Assembly (NCBI RefSeq): GCF_040938485.1
Contig: NW_027271161.1
Span: forward strand, 744,001-808,000
Origin: Diadema antillarum
Taxonomy: Eukaryota
Length of the DNA: 64,000 nt
Direction of reading: 5' to 3'
Every line of letters starts with the position of its first letter. Within the stretch, counting starts at the first letter, position 1. Below, piece by piece: positions 63,540-64,000 of this stretch. The notes beneath the pieces are model-generated. The model did not search any database, was not told where the DNA came from, and was given only the letters and a program-made list of their open reading frames with translations. A program made the translations under genes and the position numbers.

Positions 63540-64000
63540 TCCTTATAATAATATATCAATTTAATTATATATCAATTTATAAAGCGCTAAACCTATAGAC
63601 ATATATTCTTCTGCGCTGCAAAAGCTTCTGATGTGTTTGATGATAATAAACAGTTAAATGAAAAGATGTGTTTTGAGTCGTGATTTAAAGAATGCTACAG
63701 TTAGGGATTTCCGGACTTCAAAATAAAAAATGGTAGATCATTCCAGAGTTTGGGAGCTGCACAGGCAAATGCTCGGTCTCCCAATGTTACCTTTGTTTTA
63801 CGTGTTGGAATTTGTAAGAGAAGAATGTCCTTGAAACTGCGCAGATTATGAGTATGTCTGTGAGATTCAAATACTAATAATTCGGTTATGTAACTGGGGG
63901 CTTGACCGATGAGTGACTTATATACAATCAACAAAATCTTTAACAACATTCGTTTACGAATCGGAAGCCAGTGTAAATCTTTCAGAAGAGGAGTAATCCT
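63540..64000 (-). mobile_element. 3' end of an L2-clade LINE
   Basis: KILLIVYKSLIGQAPSYITELL..HNLRS..TLGDRAFACAAPKLWNDLP is the L2 RT C-terminus, followed by AGCGC...AGCGCTTTATAAAT and an AT-rich tail. Confidence 0.8.

Overview
Intron-rich, AT-rich animal genomic DNA. The TTAA-flanked MITEs, poly-G tracts and intron sizes suggest a marine invertebrate deuterostome such as a sea urchin (inference only). Six protein-coding loci alternate strictly in orientation: CCDC174 (-, 3' end unresolved), GCHFR (+), ARL6/BBS3 (-), TFB1M (+), an intronless signal-peptide-bearing PGGHG/GH65 glucosidase (-), and the 5' part of an SLC22-type transporter (+) whose first exon has a 1-bp frameshift. I reconstructed exons by hand from GT-AG sites and frame continuity. 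Introns and intergenic DNA hold many Kolobok-like and piggyBac-like TTAA MITEs, a pogo-type MITE, a Crypton relic, a 2.6-kb Vingi/Ingi-like LINE with a perfect 9-bp TSD, LINE 3' fragments, a tRNA-derived SINE, and a 9-unit G-quadruplex-rich tandem array inside a TIR-bounded element. I cannot support a clearly new biological system. The best leads are the ARL6 5'-leader reading frame (UGA-interrupted, RING-like tail), the intronless secreted PGGHG, the Crypton relic and the SLC22 frameshift.
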